DNA of 64,000 nt, from NCBI RefSeq assembly GCF_018350175.1, contig NC_058368.1:181352001-181416000 (forward strand), written 5' to 3'. The notes beneath the pieces were generated by a model. It was given only the letters and a program-made list of their open reading frames with translations. It did not search any database and was not told the origin of the DNA. Source of the DNA: Felis catus (taxonomy: Eukaryota). Of the stretch, positions 24,901 through 36,835 are shown in pieces. Within the stretch, counting starts at the first letter, position 1. Each line of letters starts with the position of its first letter. The position numbers and the translations under genes are program-made.

Positions 24901-27900
24901 TGCCATCTTTAACTTAAAGACAGAGTCAAAGAACCTGATAAAACCACATGGGCCTGAGAGCTGTATTTATTTAAAGCAAGTGAAGCCAAAACAATGTTAA
25001 CTTGGTGGCCAAACTGAGTATAAGATGCAAGGCTGTGAAGAAAAAGGAAAAAAAAAAGGAAAAAAAAAAGAATAAATTTATCATGTGTTCAGTGTGATGG
25101 GACTTTCAAGTTACCAGGTTACTAGATCATTTTTGTCACAGTAGCATGCAGGAAGAACTCTTGGCAGGAAAGGCTTTTATTACACGAGTCTGAAGGTTGG
25201 TTACCTGTGTCACACTACAGAAAGAGAATTTGGTTTTAGAGATCTGCTTTTGCATTCTAACTCTGCTTAGCAAAACCACAATTGGAATTTTTAAGTGCAA
25301 TGTTTAAATAAGCACTGTGAACATCGAGTTACCCCCAAGATCCCACCTTGAAAATGAAATGAAAATATACGGGATACAAAGAAAAAATTCATTTTGTGAG
25401 CACCTATCTTTAAAATCTAAAATTGAATCCGAGAGCTTCTTTCTCAAAGTATAGATTCTTTAACTTCCTCTTCAGGAGAGGCATACCTAAAAGGTTATTG
25501 ATTTGGTTCTGAAGGACAGCGTGTTTATTATGGAGGAAGCCATTGCAGGGTACAAGTGTGAGAAATTAATGATGGCTTTGTAAGTGTCCACGCTGTGGTG
25601 TGGAACCAGTGGGGCAACTGTCAATCTATATGATAATACATTCCCAAACTTCATAAAATCAGTCATGTGAAAATGCATTGATTTCTTTGTGAGCTAAACA
25701 GAATTTGTCAAAGAGAAAGAACGAGAAGTTTACTGAAGTTAACACCTCAGCCTACAGAGTGGCTCACAACTCACTTTCTATTTGCTTAATGAGTTTATGA
25801 TGGGACGTGCAAAATCTTTTATTTTTATTTTTGGCCCCAAATGAGAACAGAACATGCATTATGTACATCTTGGGAATATGTGGAATGCTGAAAATTTTTA
25901 AAAAAGAGAGAAAAGGACATGCATTTTATCTGTACATTTTTAAAATAACCCTCTAACGCCTAAGCTTGAACTCTGGCTTCCTTACCTCTTTTGTGCTCTG
26001 CCAGATGCAGGCACAAAAGAGTCTCTCAGTACTTTCAAGTACAGATTTCTTTATGCAATTCTGACTGCGTTATAACTAGCATTACAGGAAAATCTCGAGA
26101 CACTAGACTCAAGGGTTTATTTTTTACCCAAATATAGGGATTTATATAGACTCCCCAAAGGTGGAAATTGTTCATATATGATGCCTTAAAGAATACTGGA
26201 AAAAAGAGACTACTTTTGGTCTACCAAATACATTATTAATTATAAAGTTCTCCTACCCATAACAGTTCTAGGTAAATTCAAGGCAAGCGTTTTTTGCTCC
26301 CTTTGTTTCACTAGAAAACTCTCTTTATTAAGTTTTTAACATGTATATAGATTTTAAAAGAGAGGGTGCAGATTCTACCAACATGTTTAAATTTTGTAGA
26401 GATGGTTCCCACGAGACCAGTGAGAATACCACCGTGGAAGATTTGCCAAAAGACCTTGTTAAAATGTGCCATATATGCTTGGATAACAAGTGATTTTATT
26501 TATTAAGCAATCAAACTACTTCCATTTAAATAGTATTGGACACACACAGACTTGAAAAAGTACATCAGTAAATGGATTCAATGTATGCCTTTATGAAAAC
26601 TTCCAAAAGTTAATTTCCTATCAGATAAGTGCCTTAGAGTGTTGAATGTGCCAAGTGTCAAAAATTTTGTTAAAATTCAAAATGAGTCAAGTACAGATTT
26701 TTCCTTGAGTGTGCACCTTGATTAGCTACACGAACGGAGGCATAAGTAAGACACATCTCCTTGTCCCCACTATAGAATAAATTATTTCCGAATTAAACAC
26801 AAATTAAAATGCAACAGAGTGACATCTTTTTGGATATATGCGACTTACCCAGGAAATGATGTATTTTCAACACAGTTTTGAGATTAAACGATATTTAGCC
26901 ATGCTTTTGCATTCACAACAAGCTGTCCGCCTGTGAATTTCTTTTTCTTCTTTTAAATGCAAGAAAATACTTAAAGCTGCTCTAGTAGAAGTTTATAATA
27001 TTTTACATAAACATTCTTAACTGATCTGTTTGTAAACAGTTTAATGGTAATTCTTTCCGCAAACACACAATATATTCATAACAAATCGCATAGCATTTGA
27101 TGTTTTCTTCATAAATAAACTGTACCTAATGCAATTTATCTTTTAAGAGATGTTTTTGACTAAACACAGTTCTGAGTCACTAAGAAATCCAGAAATAAGC
27201 ACCTTATCTCTTTAATGACTTGCCGAGGCTTCCCTATATTTACTGCTTAATGATCGGAAGCATTTAATTTTCAAAGTTTCATTAAAACCCATCTACAAAG
27301 CTGATGGATAAGCAATAGTGATTTGTGACAGAAGATGTGGGAAGCCATTAACCTACATAGGTACCAAGGAGGAAAGTGAACACAGAAGAGAATACTTTTT
27401 TGAAGACAAGTCTCTTCCTATTTGTCATTATTAAACTCCAGAGCATCTGTTCCAGGTTTGATCTTCAATACGGATATGAGGCATTGCCGCCTGGAAATGA
27501 AAGTCTAAGATAAGGTAGGATTCTTAAGAGATCTTCATGAAAAAAAATAACCCGGGTTGCCATTTACTGGGAAGGGGAAATCAATACGAAGACCTAGAAA
27601 CTTGTGGCAAGAGGACATTTTCTAGGTATAGGTCATAGTTTATCAAGTTGCCTCTTTTGCAATGTAATTTACTTGCTAATAAGACCAACTGACTATAGCT
27701 GAATACTGTGTTATCATCGAAATGTGATTTTAAAATTCTCTCCTCATTTCTTGTGTGCTTGAGGTTTGCCGGTTTATTTTTCCCGAGCTCAGAGTGGGTA
27801 GACAAGGTCGATTTCAAAGAAAATGAATGGTTTTGTACTCCTCTTTATTAAAACACAGACATCCCAAATGCCACATTGCGCCATACCCAGAACATTAAAA

Positions 27901-27922
27901 GGTATTTAAGAAGCAGGCCTAC

Positions 27923-28198
27923 CGTTCTCATCATCTGACTTATTTTCGTTGTCAGAATCGGTCAAAGTAAGGGCTGAGTTCTCACGACTGGACAGGCCGG
28001 AACTGCGTCTGGATTTTATCCCTCTCCCCCACAGTCTGATGGCGTGTTCTGGAGACATCCCTCCCTCTGTGTCGGAGTCGGCGTCAGACCCTGTGCTCAG
28101 AGAGTAGCCCTGATGAAGGATCCCCATGTCAGAACAGTAGCCACTTCGGTGTGGGGAGGGCTCACACATTCCCAATTCCGCAAGGGTGAAGTTAGTTC
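27923..28198 (-). CDS. TENM2: Internal coding exon (probably second coding exon) of teneurin-2, N-terminal intracellular domain
   Basis: Minus strand reads ...ctctctgttgctgtcaccttAG|GA ACT AAC TTC ACC CTT GCG GAA TTG GGA ATG TGT GAG...GAT GAG AAC G|GTAGG. It translates (G)[91 protein letters not shown](G), matching the mammalian TENM2 sequence as I recall it. Length 276 nt; acceptor AG at 28200-28199, donor GT at 27922-27921. Locally GC/CpG-rich. Confidence 0.96.
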
Positions 28199-28499
28199 CT
28201 AAGGTGACAGCAACAGAGAGACCGATTATAAATTGTGAAATGCTTTACAAAGTTAAAATGTATTCTTACAAAAAACAGATGGATGCTTTTCCCATCCAAA
28301 AAACATATCAGATTCCCATGTTATACAGGAATATATGAGCATGAGTATTTAGGATATTGGGATACATTTGAGAACAAAAAAGTAAACATCTAAGATTAAC
28401 TTTAATCCTAGGCCAGAATGCTCAGCTTTTGCTTCAAAAATGTTACAGCATTTACTGTTGTCTAGGTAGCACACGTAGCTGGAAAAAATACTGGATTTA

Positions 28500-28745
28500 G
28501 AATAATAGCTAATATATACCAAGCGCTTTCTTAGCTCTGGGCATCTTTTGGTTTGCAACTTTTATTTTACATTTTTATAGGTGACAATAACTTAATGAAG
28601 ATAATATTATGTAATCATTTTGTAAGGAAACTGAGGAACAGAGGAACAGAGAATTTAAGTGACTTACCCAAGGTCACACATCTAGATTGTAGCAAAACAT
28701 GGATCTGATCCTTGAGCAGTCTGTCTTCGTGTCAAAGAACCTTAA
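28500..28745 (-). mobile_element. MIR SINE
   Basis: cattttgtaaggaaactgaggaacagaggaacagagaatttaagtgacttacccaaggtcacacatctag. Confidence 0.85.
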
Positions 28746-28764
28746 TCCTCCAATAAATGTGAGT

Positions 28765-28925
28765 GGTGGCCAGGAGACCTGGGTACCAGTCCCAGCTTCC
28801 CACTGGTAAGTCTCATTGTGGCAAGTCTCTTACTCCTTGAGCCCCAGTTTTCTCATCTGTAAAATCTGGGTATTAATCTCTTAAATTCCTCTCAGGATCA
28901 CTGTGTATCTTCTATGTGATAATAC
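28765..28925 (+). mobile_element. MIR SINE
   Basis: ggccaggagacctgggtaccagtcccagcttcccact...ggcaagtctcttactccttgagccccagttttctcatctgtaaaat. Confidence 0.85.
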
Positions 28926-29119
28926 CCACCGAACTCTTTTTTTTTTTTTTAAATAAACTATGTAATGTATTATTTAATTCAGCGTCTGAGGGATGAAAAG
29001 TCAGTCCTCATGTTTTTAAATGATATTAAACAATGTCTGTTTGCTCACACAACTTAGAACCACAAGTAGGTTTCAACTATGGAGCATGAATGTGTGCACA
29101 AATGGGAAGCAGAAGCAAA

Positions 29120-29335
29120 GAGGCATTTATTGAACGTTTATATGTTACCAGTGTTGGGCATGTGGCCAGGCAGTTGATAGGCTTTCAATCTCATTTAAAT
29201 CTCATAATAGCCCAACAGTTTAGGTGTTGAGCATTTTACAGAGAGGTTAAATACTGTGTCCAAGGTCATGCTTAGGCAAGTGGCAGATTCAAGATACACC
29301 GCTAATCTGCCAATTCCAACCCTTTGCTCATTCTA
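29120..29335 (-). mobile_element. MIR SINE
   Basis: gcatttattgaacgtttatatg...tctcatttaaatctcataatagccc...cattttacagagaggttaaatactgtgtccaaggtcatgc...aagtggcaga. Confidence 0.75.
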
Positions 29336-31129
29336 CAAGGTGAAATGATCTCAATCAAAAACCAGCCTGTAACATTCTGGCACAGTGAATGCTCTATCTA
29401 TGTGTGTGCTTTACTATTACAGCTTCTTAAAAGACATTTTAAGGTTTCAATGAAAATTAGATGGAGTCATGCGGTACATTCTATTTACTGACATACGAAG
29501 CTGATTTTTTTTTTTTGTCTTTACTCAAGCTATGGACAATGGGGGAAAATGCACTGAAGAAATGCACTTCAATGCTATAAGTGAAGAAAACCTTATAAAT
29601 AACACCAAAGCCATGGTTTATGTTATGTACATTGATTATATTAGGGCCAGTCCCTATCAATCATATCCCCAAACTTATGATATAACTTAACTCCTCTATG
29701 ATACTCCAAATACATGATGTTATTTCTTAGCTTTCATTTTTAAAAAGCCTTAAACAGCTGTTTGCATTAACCTAGTGTGACTTTACTTTGTAATAGACAT
29801 ATATTTTTATTCTGAGGTTTTACTTTCTGTTCTTTGCTATATGTTGATGTTCCACAGCCTTCTTTAGCTGTGTAAATGGGACCAAACCCAATTTTATACA
29901 TAAATGTCTCTGAAGAGTGAAACCTATTCATTGGAGAGCTAACCCAAGCAAAATTTCCTGTGGGAATGGGGTAACTTCCTGCTACCTGGGCAGGAAAGAG
30001 GGACATCCTTACTGCCACCAGCATGGTCCCAAATGCTGTTCTGCCCAGTGTACTCTGTTCCAGTTTACATCCTCGGTAATTAGGTATTGTCTCATAATTG
30101 TACAGTAAAATGTGTATTTCCATTTTGGTAGTCTATAAAACAAAAGTTAAGTTCATGTATGTCTGATATTAAAATACTTTTCTATTTTTATCATCTCATT
30201 CTTAAGTAAACTAAATATTAACATTCTCCCATCTTGTTTTTAGAGCTCATGTTTGCTCTGGACAGGCATGAAATATAAGGCTTCCTTTACCTTCAATAAA
30301 AGAAAACACGTCAAACTAAAACATACATGTTTTTATTCCACATGTGGGAATTTTAAGCTATATGATTCCATTTGAAATGGAGTGTGTATGCATTAAGGCA
30401 ACTTTCCTGATGGTTTTCCCACACCTCATTATCTGGAACAAGCTTCAAAGACCTCCTCAGGAAAAGAGAAACATCTGTGAGAGGAAAAGAAGCCTCAGTT
30501 TTCAGAGCATCCCATGTGCTTTTCAATCTTGAAGTAATAGGCAATAAGCCTAGGGCATGGAAATACATGGAATAAATATAGTCTCCCTTCTTTGGTTATC
30601 AAATTTACTTGATGATAAGAAATTAAAATATTATTTTTCTGTTAAAACAAACTTGAGATCATCATAAATTAGTTAAAATTTGCATAATTTTTTAAAGTAA
30701 TCACAAATGTTAGAAAAAACAGAGTTCAAGAGTTTCAGCTTTAACCATACAGCCCCAAAGCCACAAACAAACAACACTGTAAAGAAAATTGGAGGTATTG
30801 TACTCAATTCACCAGGAAAAAGTAACCAAGTTCACACTGGCTTACAGGAAGCCAGATTTTCCTCTAAATTCAGAAAAATTTTCCTCTAGACTACTCAAAA
30901 ATATTACCTTCTAAACGCCTCATCTTCATCTTCCAGTAGGACCACAGTCCGCCAATGTTACCCATTTCTCACAATTCCTAGTTAGGTGCCTTTTGTCCTC
31001 AACTAACTCAAAGAATAGGAATCCTATTCTAAGTATCTGGGACAGATTCTGGACCAAGCCTTTCCCAAGTGTGCTGGCTTAACATATGAAGCCGGTGAGC
31101 CACATACACATTGGAAAGGAAAAGCTGAT

Positions 31130-31340
31130 CTATCATTTATTAAATCATTCACCAAATATTTATCGTTCCTTGTGCTGTGATAGGCATTGGGGATATAACA
31201 GGGAGCCTTATAAAAATGGAGCCCATGACATTTACGGTATAATCGGGAAAGAGACATTAATCAAAGAATCACATAAACAACGTACAATTTATAGAGTGAT
31301 AAATACTATATAGGAAAAGGACAAGGAGCCATGAAAGGTC
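31130..31340 (-). mobile_element. L2 3'-end fragment
   Basis: tcattcaccaaatatttatcg...gataggcattggggatataacaggga...gggaaagagacattaatcaaagaatcacataaac. Confidence 0.7.
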
Positions 31341-32959
31341 ATCCTGTGGTCCAAATGTTCATTCTTTTACAGCTTGCCCAACAGATGTTCAGCTAGTGGT
31401 GGACTCACTAGTTGGAGGGACCATGAATTTGCTCCATGAAGTTATCAGGCCCCCTTCAGTTTGCTCTTACCATACCATTCCCAAACATTCTTCTATATAC
31501 ATTGATTTCAGACAAACATTTTTCATGTAGTTCGTCCTATAGTACAAAACCTTCGTGTCATACCCTTCAGCTCAGAATGTAAATAGTATAGGGGAATTTT
31601 AACACCATGCCAACTTATTGTTTTGCACTTACTTTGCTCATTGATGGAAGGTTGATTTTGCTTTAATTCATCTTGTATAATTATGTCTTTATTAAGCTCC
31701 ATGGCAGCTTTGAATGGAAGAGAGAAACTAGTCATTGTGTGATTCTCCAAGCTAAGATTTCTAGTGGAAAACAGTCAACATTTCTTTCCTTCTTTACTTT
31801 CTTGCAGAAAGATAGAAAGAGTCATAATATTTCAGTATTCATGAAATACCTTCCATCTGCCTCTAATCTCTCTGGTATCACATTAAAGTGGGAATGTAGA
31901 TAATGTTTCAAACTCATTTCATTTCAGGTATATGTTTTATGGTTGCTACTAATAAACTTCCCAGTGTGGCCTCATACTACATTATCAAGGCCAAAGTCAC
32001 TATTTCTATAGATGAATGATTGCACAAAATCTGTATTTACATCATGGAATTTTAGTATAATTTAAGGTGTTGGGAGAGAACCCCAATGTCTAAAAAATTG
32101 TTAGGTGGATCAAGATAGCAGAACACAAGTGTTTAAAAATAACTCTCTTGAGAAGTCTCTTCTACTTTAAGTTGTCTTTTTCTTGATCATAATCTCAATG
32201 TGTAACCCAGATCCTCTCCAAAACTTTTTTAGAGATAAATTTGGCAATAGATATCAAGAGTCATCCACTGACCAACTAGTTGTGCTTGGGGACACAATTC
32301 AAAGGAAAGATATGCCAGCACATTGTGATCATGGCTTTATTTTCTAAGTTTTTACCAACTTCTCACACTTTGAAATAACCTTTAACTAGGAGAAGCACAT
32401 ATGTCGCTAAGTCAGAATTATCATGTCATGGTAATACCAGGGAATACAAATAGCACTGGAAATGTCAGCATTTGAACAGATTTTCTACTATGAGGGCAGG
32501 AAGATAAAAGTTAACTGTAGTAATAGAGGAGTACAATATAGAAAACTTTTATTATCTAAATATTCACTATGCAAGTCCCCTGAATTTAAGAGATGAAATT
32601 CTACACACAGAAGAGTTACTATGAAAACATGAAAGCAGTCACTAATGATCACTTATAAAATTAATCCCCCCATCCCCATCCACTTACTGCTAGTATCTCT
32701 TCTCATATCAACCACCATATCAACGTCTATGTCATCAGGTAGTTAGTGATAACAGAAAGTAATACGGTGCCAATGTGAGATTAAGTTGTAAAGCTTGTGA
32801 AGATGCAGATTTCCATGAAGTCAATAAAAGTGATACTAAAAAACACTAGGATCATAAGCAAGGCCACATAATTACCACTATCTAACAGAATTAACCTGTT
32901 AACAAGAAAAACTAGAAACACATGTTGGCATGGTGGATTCTTCAAAAGACGACTTGACA

Positions 32960-33850
32960 GACTTCCAGTTCTGGATCAAGATAAAATTCCTCACTTCTCT
33001 CTACTTCTCCCACTAGGTGTAGCTAAAAACCTCTGAACAGTACATATAAAAACACATAAAAAGAGTTTAAAAAGGGTTGAGAAGAAGATAGACCTATTAG
33101 GATCCTGAGACCTGAGGAAGGATATGGTTGTGAATTCCCTGGAGTTTCTTTTTGCCTTATATATCCCAGACCTGGTGTTGGAGAAATCTGCAGATTAAAA
33201 ACACCAGTGCAAGCAGACAAAGCCCAGAGTAAAGCCTACTGTAATTAAGGGTCCTTCCTTACCTCCACAAACACCTCAGGATGGAATCGAGTGGTAAGCC
33301 AGAATTTCATCCTTAACCAGTAGGAATAAACCTTCCCAGACACCCCACACAAAGGTGTTATTGGTGGCTATAAGGGGATCCTGGACTTCTATCTCCACCC
33401 AGTGGGGTGGTCATGAAGCACCCCTTCCTCTCCCTGCTGGTGTCAGAGAAGAATTAATGTTAAATTTCCTTTCACCACCACTGAAGGATTTGTGGGGGAA
33501 CTGTAGTAAAGAGGTGCCCTTCTCCCTCTAAACCAAGTTGGTAACTTCAGAGTCGTAGTGAAAAGTCTGAAAACCCCACTCAGCTCAGGGGCAAGAGAGC
33601 ATGACTTCTCAATCCATACCCCCTGCCTTGTCAAAGTAGGCCAAGTGAGGGACTTGGACCTTCCCCTCCACCTGGCAGGCAAGCCTCAGTGTCTCATTTT
33701 TCCCACTGGCTTGGTAGCAGAGGAGGCCTGCTGAAACAGAAGATTTAAATAAGATCCAGAGTTTCAAAACATAATAGCCAGGATACAATAAAAAAATCAC
33801 TCATCATACCAAGAATCAGGAAAATCTCAACTTGAATGAGGAATGCTAAT
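32960..33850 (+). mobile_element. 5' end (5' UTR to ORF1 start) of an ancient LINE-1 (L1MC/L1MD-type)
   Basis: gacttccagttctggatcaagat...ctcccactaggtgtagctaaaaacctctgaac...cagaagatttaaataagatccagagtttc...aaaatcactcatcataccaagaatcaggaaaatctcaacttgaatgag. Confidence 0.75.
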
Positions 33851-35002
33851 TATTTAAGTAAAAGGTTAATGAGCAGTCCTTAGGAAAATTAATGAATTCA
33901 TCAATTTTTTTTTTTTTGCAAAATTCAACTCTGTGATTATGATGCAAAATTCAGTGTAAAGTGAAAGATGTATAATATAGTCATGCAATTTTGCCATAAA
34001 ACGTGTATATTATGCCTCCCACAAAAATTGTTATTCTATATCCTTTTGAATTATAGCATAGTTCGAATAATAAATTGTATTAAACATAAAATCAAATATA
34101 CTTTTAATAATCAGTTTTATTTTCTGAAGACAAAGTTACAATAAATTATCTTTACTATTTAATATGAAATATTGATTCTTTTTAAAAATTGAATCCATTT
34201 TTAAGTGGCCTTTTTCTAGCATCATTTATCCTAAGACAAAGAAAATCTCTTGTAAATACACATGGGTCACTTTTCCTGAGCAAATGTTAGAGTCTACATT
34301 TTCAAGTCAGAAATGAGTATAAACTCCAAATTTTCTAACAAGTGTTTAAGAAAAGGATATCAATTGCAATGTTGTAGTTCTTTTTTATCACAGGAAATGA
34401 AGTAATTTTATCTGATGCCTTAAGCTTTTTCAGCAAAAAGTTATCAAATAAAATATAGCAATTATAAGTGATAAAACATAACTTTTAATTTTGATCAATC
34501 AAAATGTATCAGCAGATTACTACCTTATATGTAATATCGATACCTTACATTGAAATTTGAGCAATGATTGATATGCACAAGCAAAAAAGAATAATCACTT
34601 ACCAAAAATTTGCCAATACTATCTAAAATATTATTTTCAAAGTCTAAAATCTACATATCTGTATATGCATTGATAAAAATTTTGAAAACTAGTGAAGAAA
34701 CTACTTATGAATTTTAATGTTTTATACTTGTGTATACTAAAATTCTTCACATCAACTCCTTCTTAATGCCCTTCTAAAGTTCATCTGATTTTACATATTC
34801 AGATATTTTCCCAAATGTTGACAAAACTATTCATGAAAAGTCCTGTGGCTTAAAACTACAGAGTAGGTATACATGCATTATTATTCATAAAAAAAATTAA
34901 GTCAACTATTTAGATTTCAAAAATGCACTTTAAGAATAATTTTTTTTACATATAGCACTAAAATGTTAATATTTTGAGATTTCTAAACTTTCAGATGAAT
35001 TA

Positions 35003-35152
35003 TGGGCTAGATGGGTGATGGGTACTAAAGAGAGTACTTGTGATGCACACTAGGTATTGTATGTAATGAATCATTGTATTCTACCTCGGAAGCCAATACT
35101 GCACTGTATGTTAACAAACTAAAATTTAAATAAATAAAAAAAGGGGAAAAAA
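35003..35152 (+). mobile_element. Very short carnivore LINE-1 3' terminus
   Basis: tgggctagatgggtgatgggtactaaagagagtacttgtgatgcacactaggtattgtatgtaatgaatc...gttaacaaactaaaatttaaataaa plus A-rich tail. Confidence 0.85.
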
Positions 35153-35719
35153 ATCTCCATCTAAATGCATGATGTGTCACAACTTTCACAATTTTTAACT
35201 AGAATCATCCCCATGTCAATAAACTCATTCTAAATCAAGGAAACATCAAAATGGTTAGTGACGACAGGAGAGTTTCCAATATCCTCCATTTCTCTGTAAG
35301 CTTTGTGACTTCAAAGTGAAAGGTGAATGTGGCATTCTCCTCTGGTATGGTGGCATTTTCAGTGTTCCAAACTGAACAAAGCCCAAATTGGAAAACCCAA
35401 AGCAGCTACAACAAAAGGTTCTGCAGAGCAACTGCCAGTTCATAAATAGAAAGGAAATACCCAGTAACCTAGCTAGTTGGAGACTCCTTTCTGCTGATGA
35501 AAATTTCAACAAAACAAAACAGAAAACCCAATTCCGGTATTAAAAACTATGCAAATCAATTGTCTTAAGTAACAGCATTACAAAAGTGTATAGTCATCTG
35601 ACCTCATGAGACTCTGCCTCTTCAAACAAATTGCTTTTAGAGAGAGAAAATAAATAAATAAATACAAGTCAATAGTGAGTTAGCAGTAACAGTCTGGCTG
35701 TCCTATGAGAACAACTACC

Positions 35720-36075
35720 AGATTAGCTTACATTTACTGAGGACCTCATGGTGTGGCAGGCACTGTTCTAAATGCGTTCACATGCAATTTTCAAATTAAT
35801 TAGGACAGCAGCCCTATAAAATTGTCACTAGGTAGGCTAGGGTTAAAGTGGAAATTCCTGAATTTGTTTAAAAAAAAAGTGCTTGTTGAACATAAATTCT
35901 TAGAATTATTTCTTCAGATGAATCCCCATTTTATGCATTTATAAAATAAACATAAAAATAGCACCCACCTTCATAGGGTTGTTGTGAGCACTGAATTAGA
36001 CAACGCAGTTATAAAAATGCTTCTTAAAACATTGCCTGCCACAGAGTAACCTTACAACAAATATAGCTATCATGA
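35720..36075. mobile_element. Two MIR 3' fragments in opposite orientation
   Basis: catttactgaggacc...ggcaggcactgttctaaatgc (minus); taaaaatagcacccaccttcatagggttgttgtgagcactgaattaga (plus). Confidence 0.7.
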
Positions 36076-36099
36076 TGATCATCAGCTTACAGAAGCAGA

Positions 36100-36788
36100 A
36101 ACTTTATTTTTTTTAAGGGTTAACATTTTCTATTTTCTGAGTTGATTTTACAAGTTTTGGAACAATCAATATTTCTAGGAATCTGCTCATTTTATCTATA
36201 TTTTCAAATGGATTGATACAAAGTTATCAAGTATTTTTGAGTCCTTTTAAATTTCTGTTATACTTGTAGAATATTGTCTTTATTTTCATTTTTGACATTA
36301 CTTATTTGTGCTTTTTTTAAAAATAAAAAATGAGTATAATTGCCACATTAATTTCAAAGGTATAGTATAGTGATTCAACATGTCTAGTGTTATGCTCTGC
36401 ATACCAAAAATGTAGCTACCATCTTTCACCATACACTATAATTATATCATTGACACTATTCCCTTTTTGTACCTTTTATTCCCATGATTTATTCGTTCCA
36501 TAATGGGAAGGCTGTATCTCCCTATCCCCTTTCCTCATTTTGATCATCCCCTCTACCCCTTACCCTATAGGAACTATAAGTTTATTCTCTGTATTTATAG
36601 GTCTGATTCTGCTTTTTGTTTGCTTATCTTTTATGGGGAGCTTTTAATTCACACATGAGTGATATCATATGTCATTTGTTTATCTCAGTCTGATTCATTC
36701 ATGTCTTCTAGACTGATATATGTTGTCACAAAAGGCCAAAAAAAAAAAAAAACACCCAACTCATCCTTTTTAATGGCTATATAATATT

Positions 36789-36835
<47 letters not shown>

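Larger units (their letters stand above)
1..27922 (-). other. TENM2: TENM2 intron downstream of the exon (continues beyond window start)
   Basis: Starts at donor GTAGG (27922). The next expected TENM2 exon (RPIPPTSS..., from memory) is not in the ORF track. Teneurin 5' introns are known to be very large. Confidence 0.85.

Noticed and set aside
27906..28175. ORF-track 89-aa ORF as a stand-alone gene
   Set aside because: It is the TENM2 internal exon. The true bounds are the splice sites (27923-28198), and the TTG start is an ORF-calling artefact.
28500..28925. Inverted MIR pair 300 bp from the splice acceptor as a regulatory RNA hairpin
   Set aside because: The copies are too diverged to support a long stable duplex by inspection.
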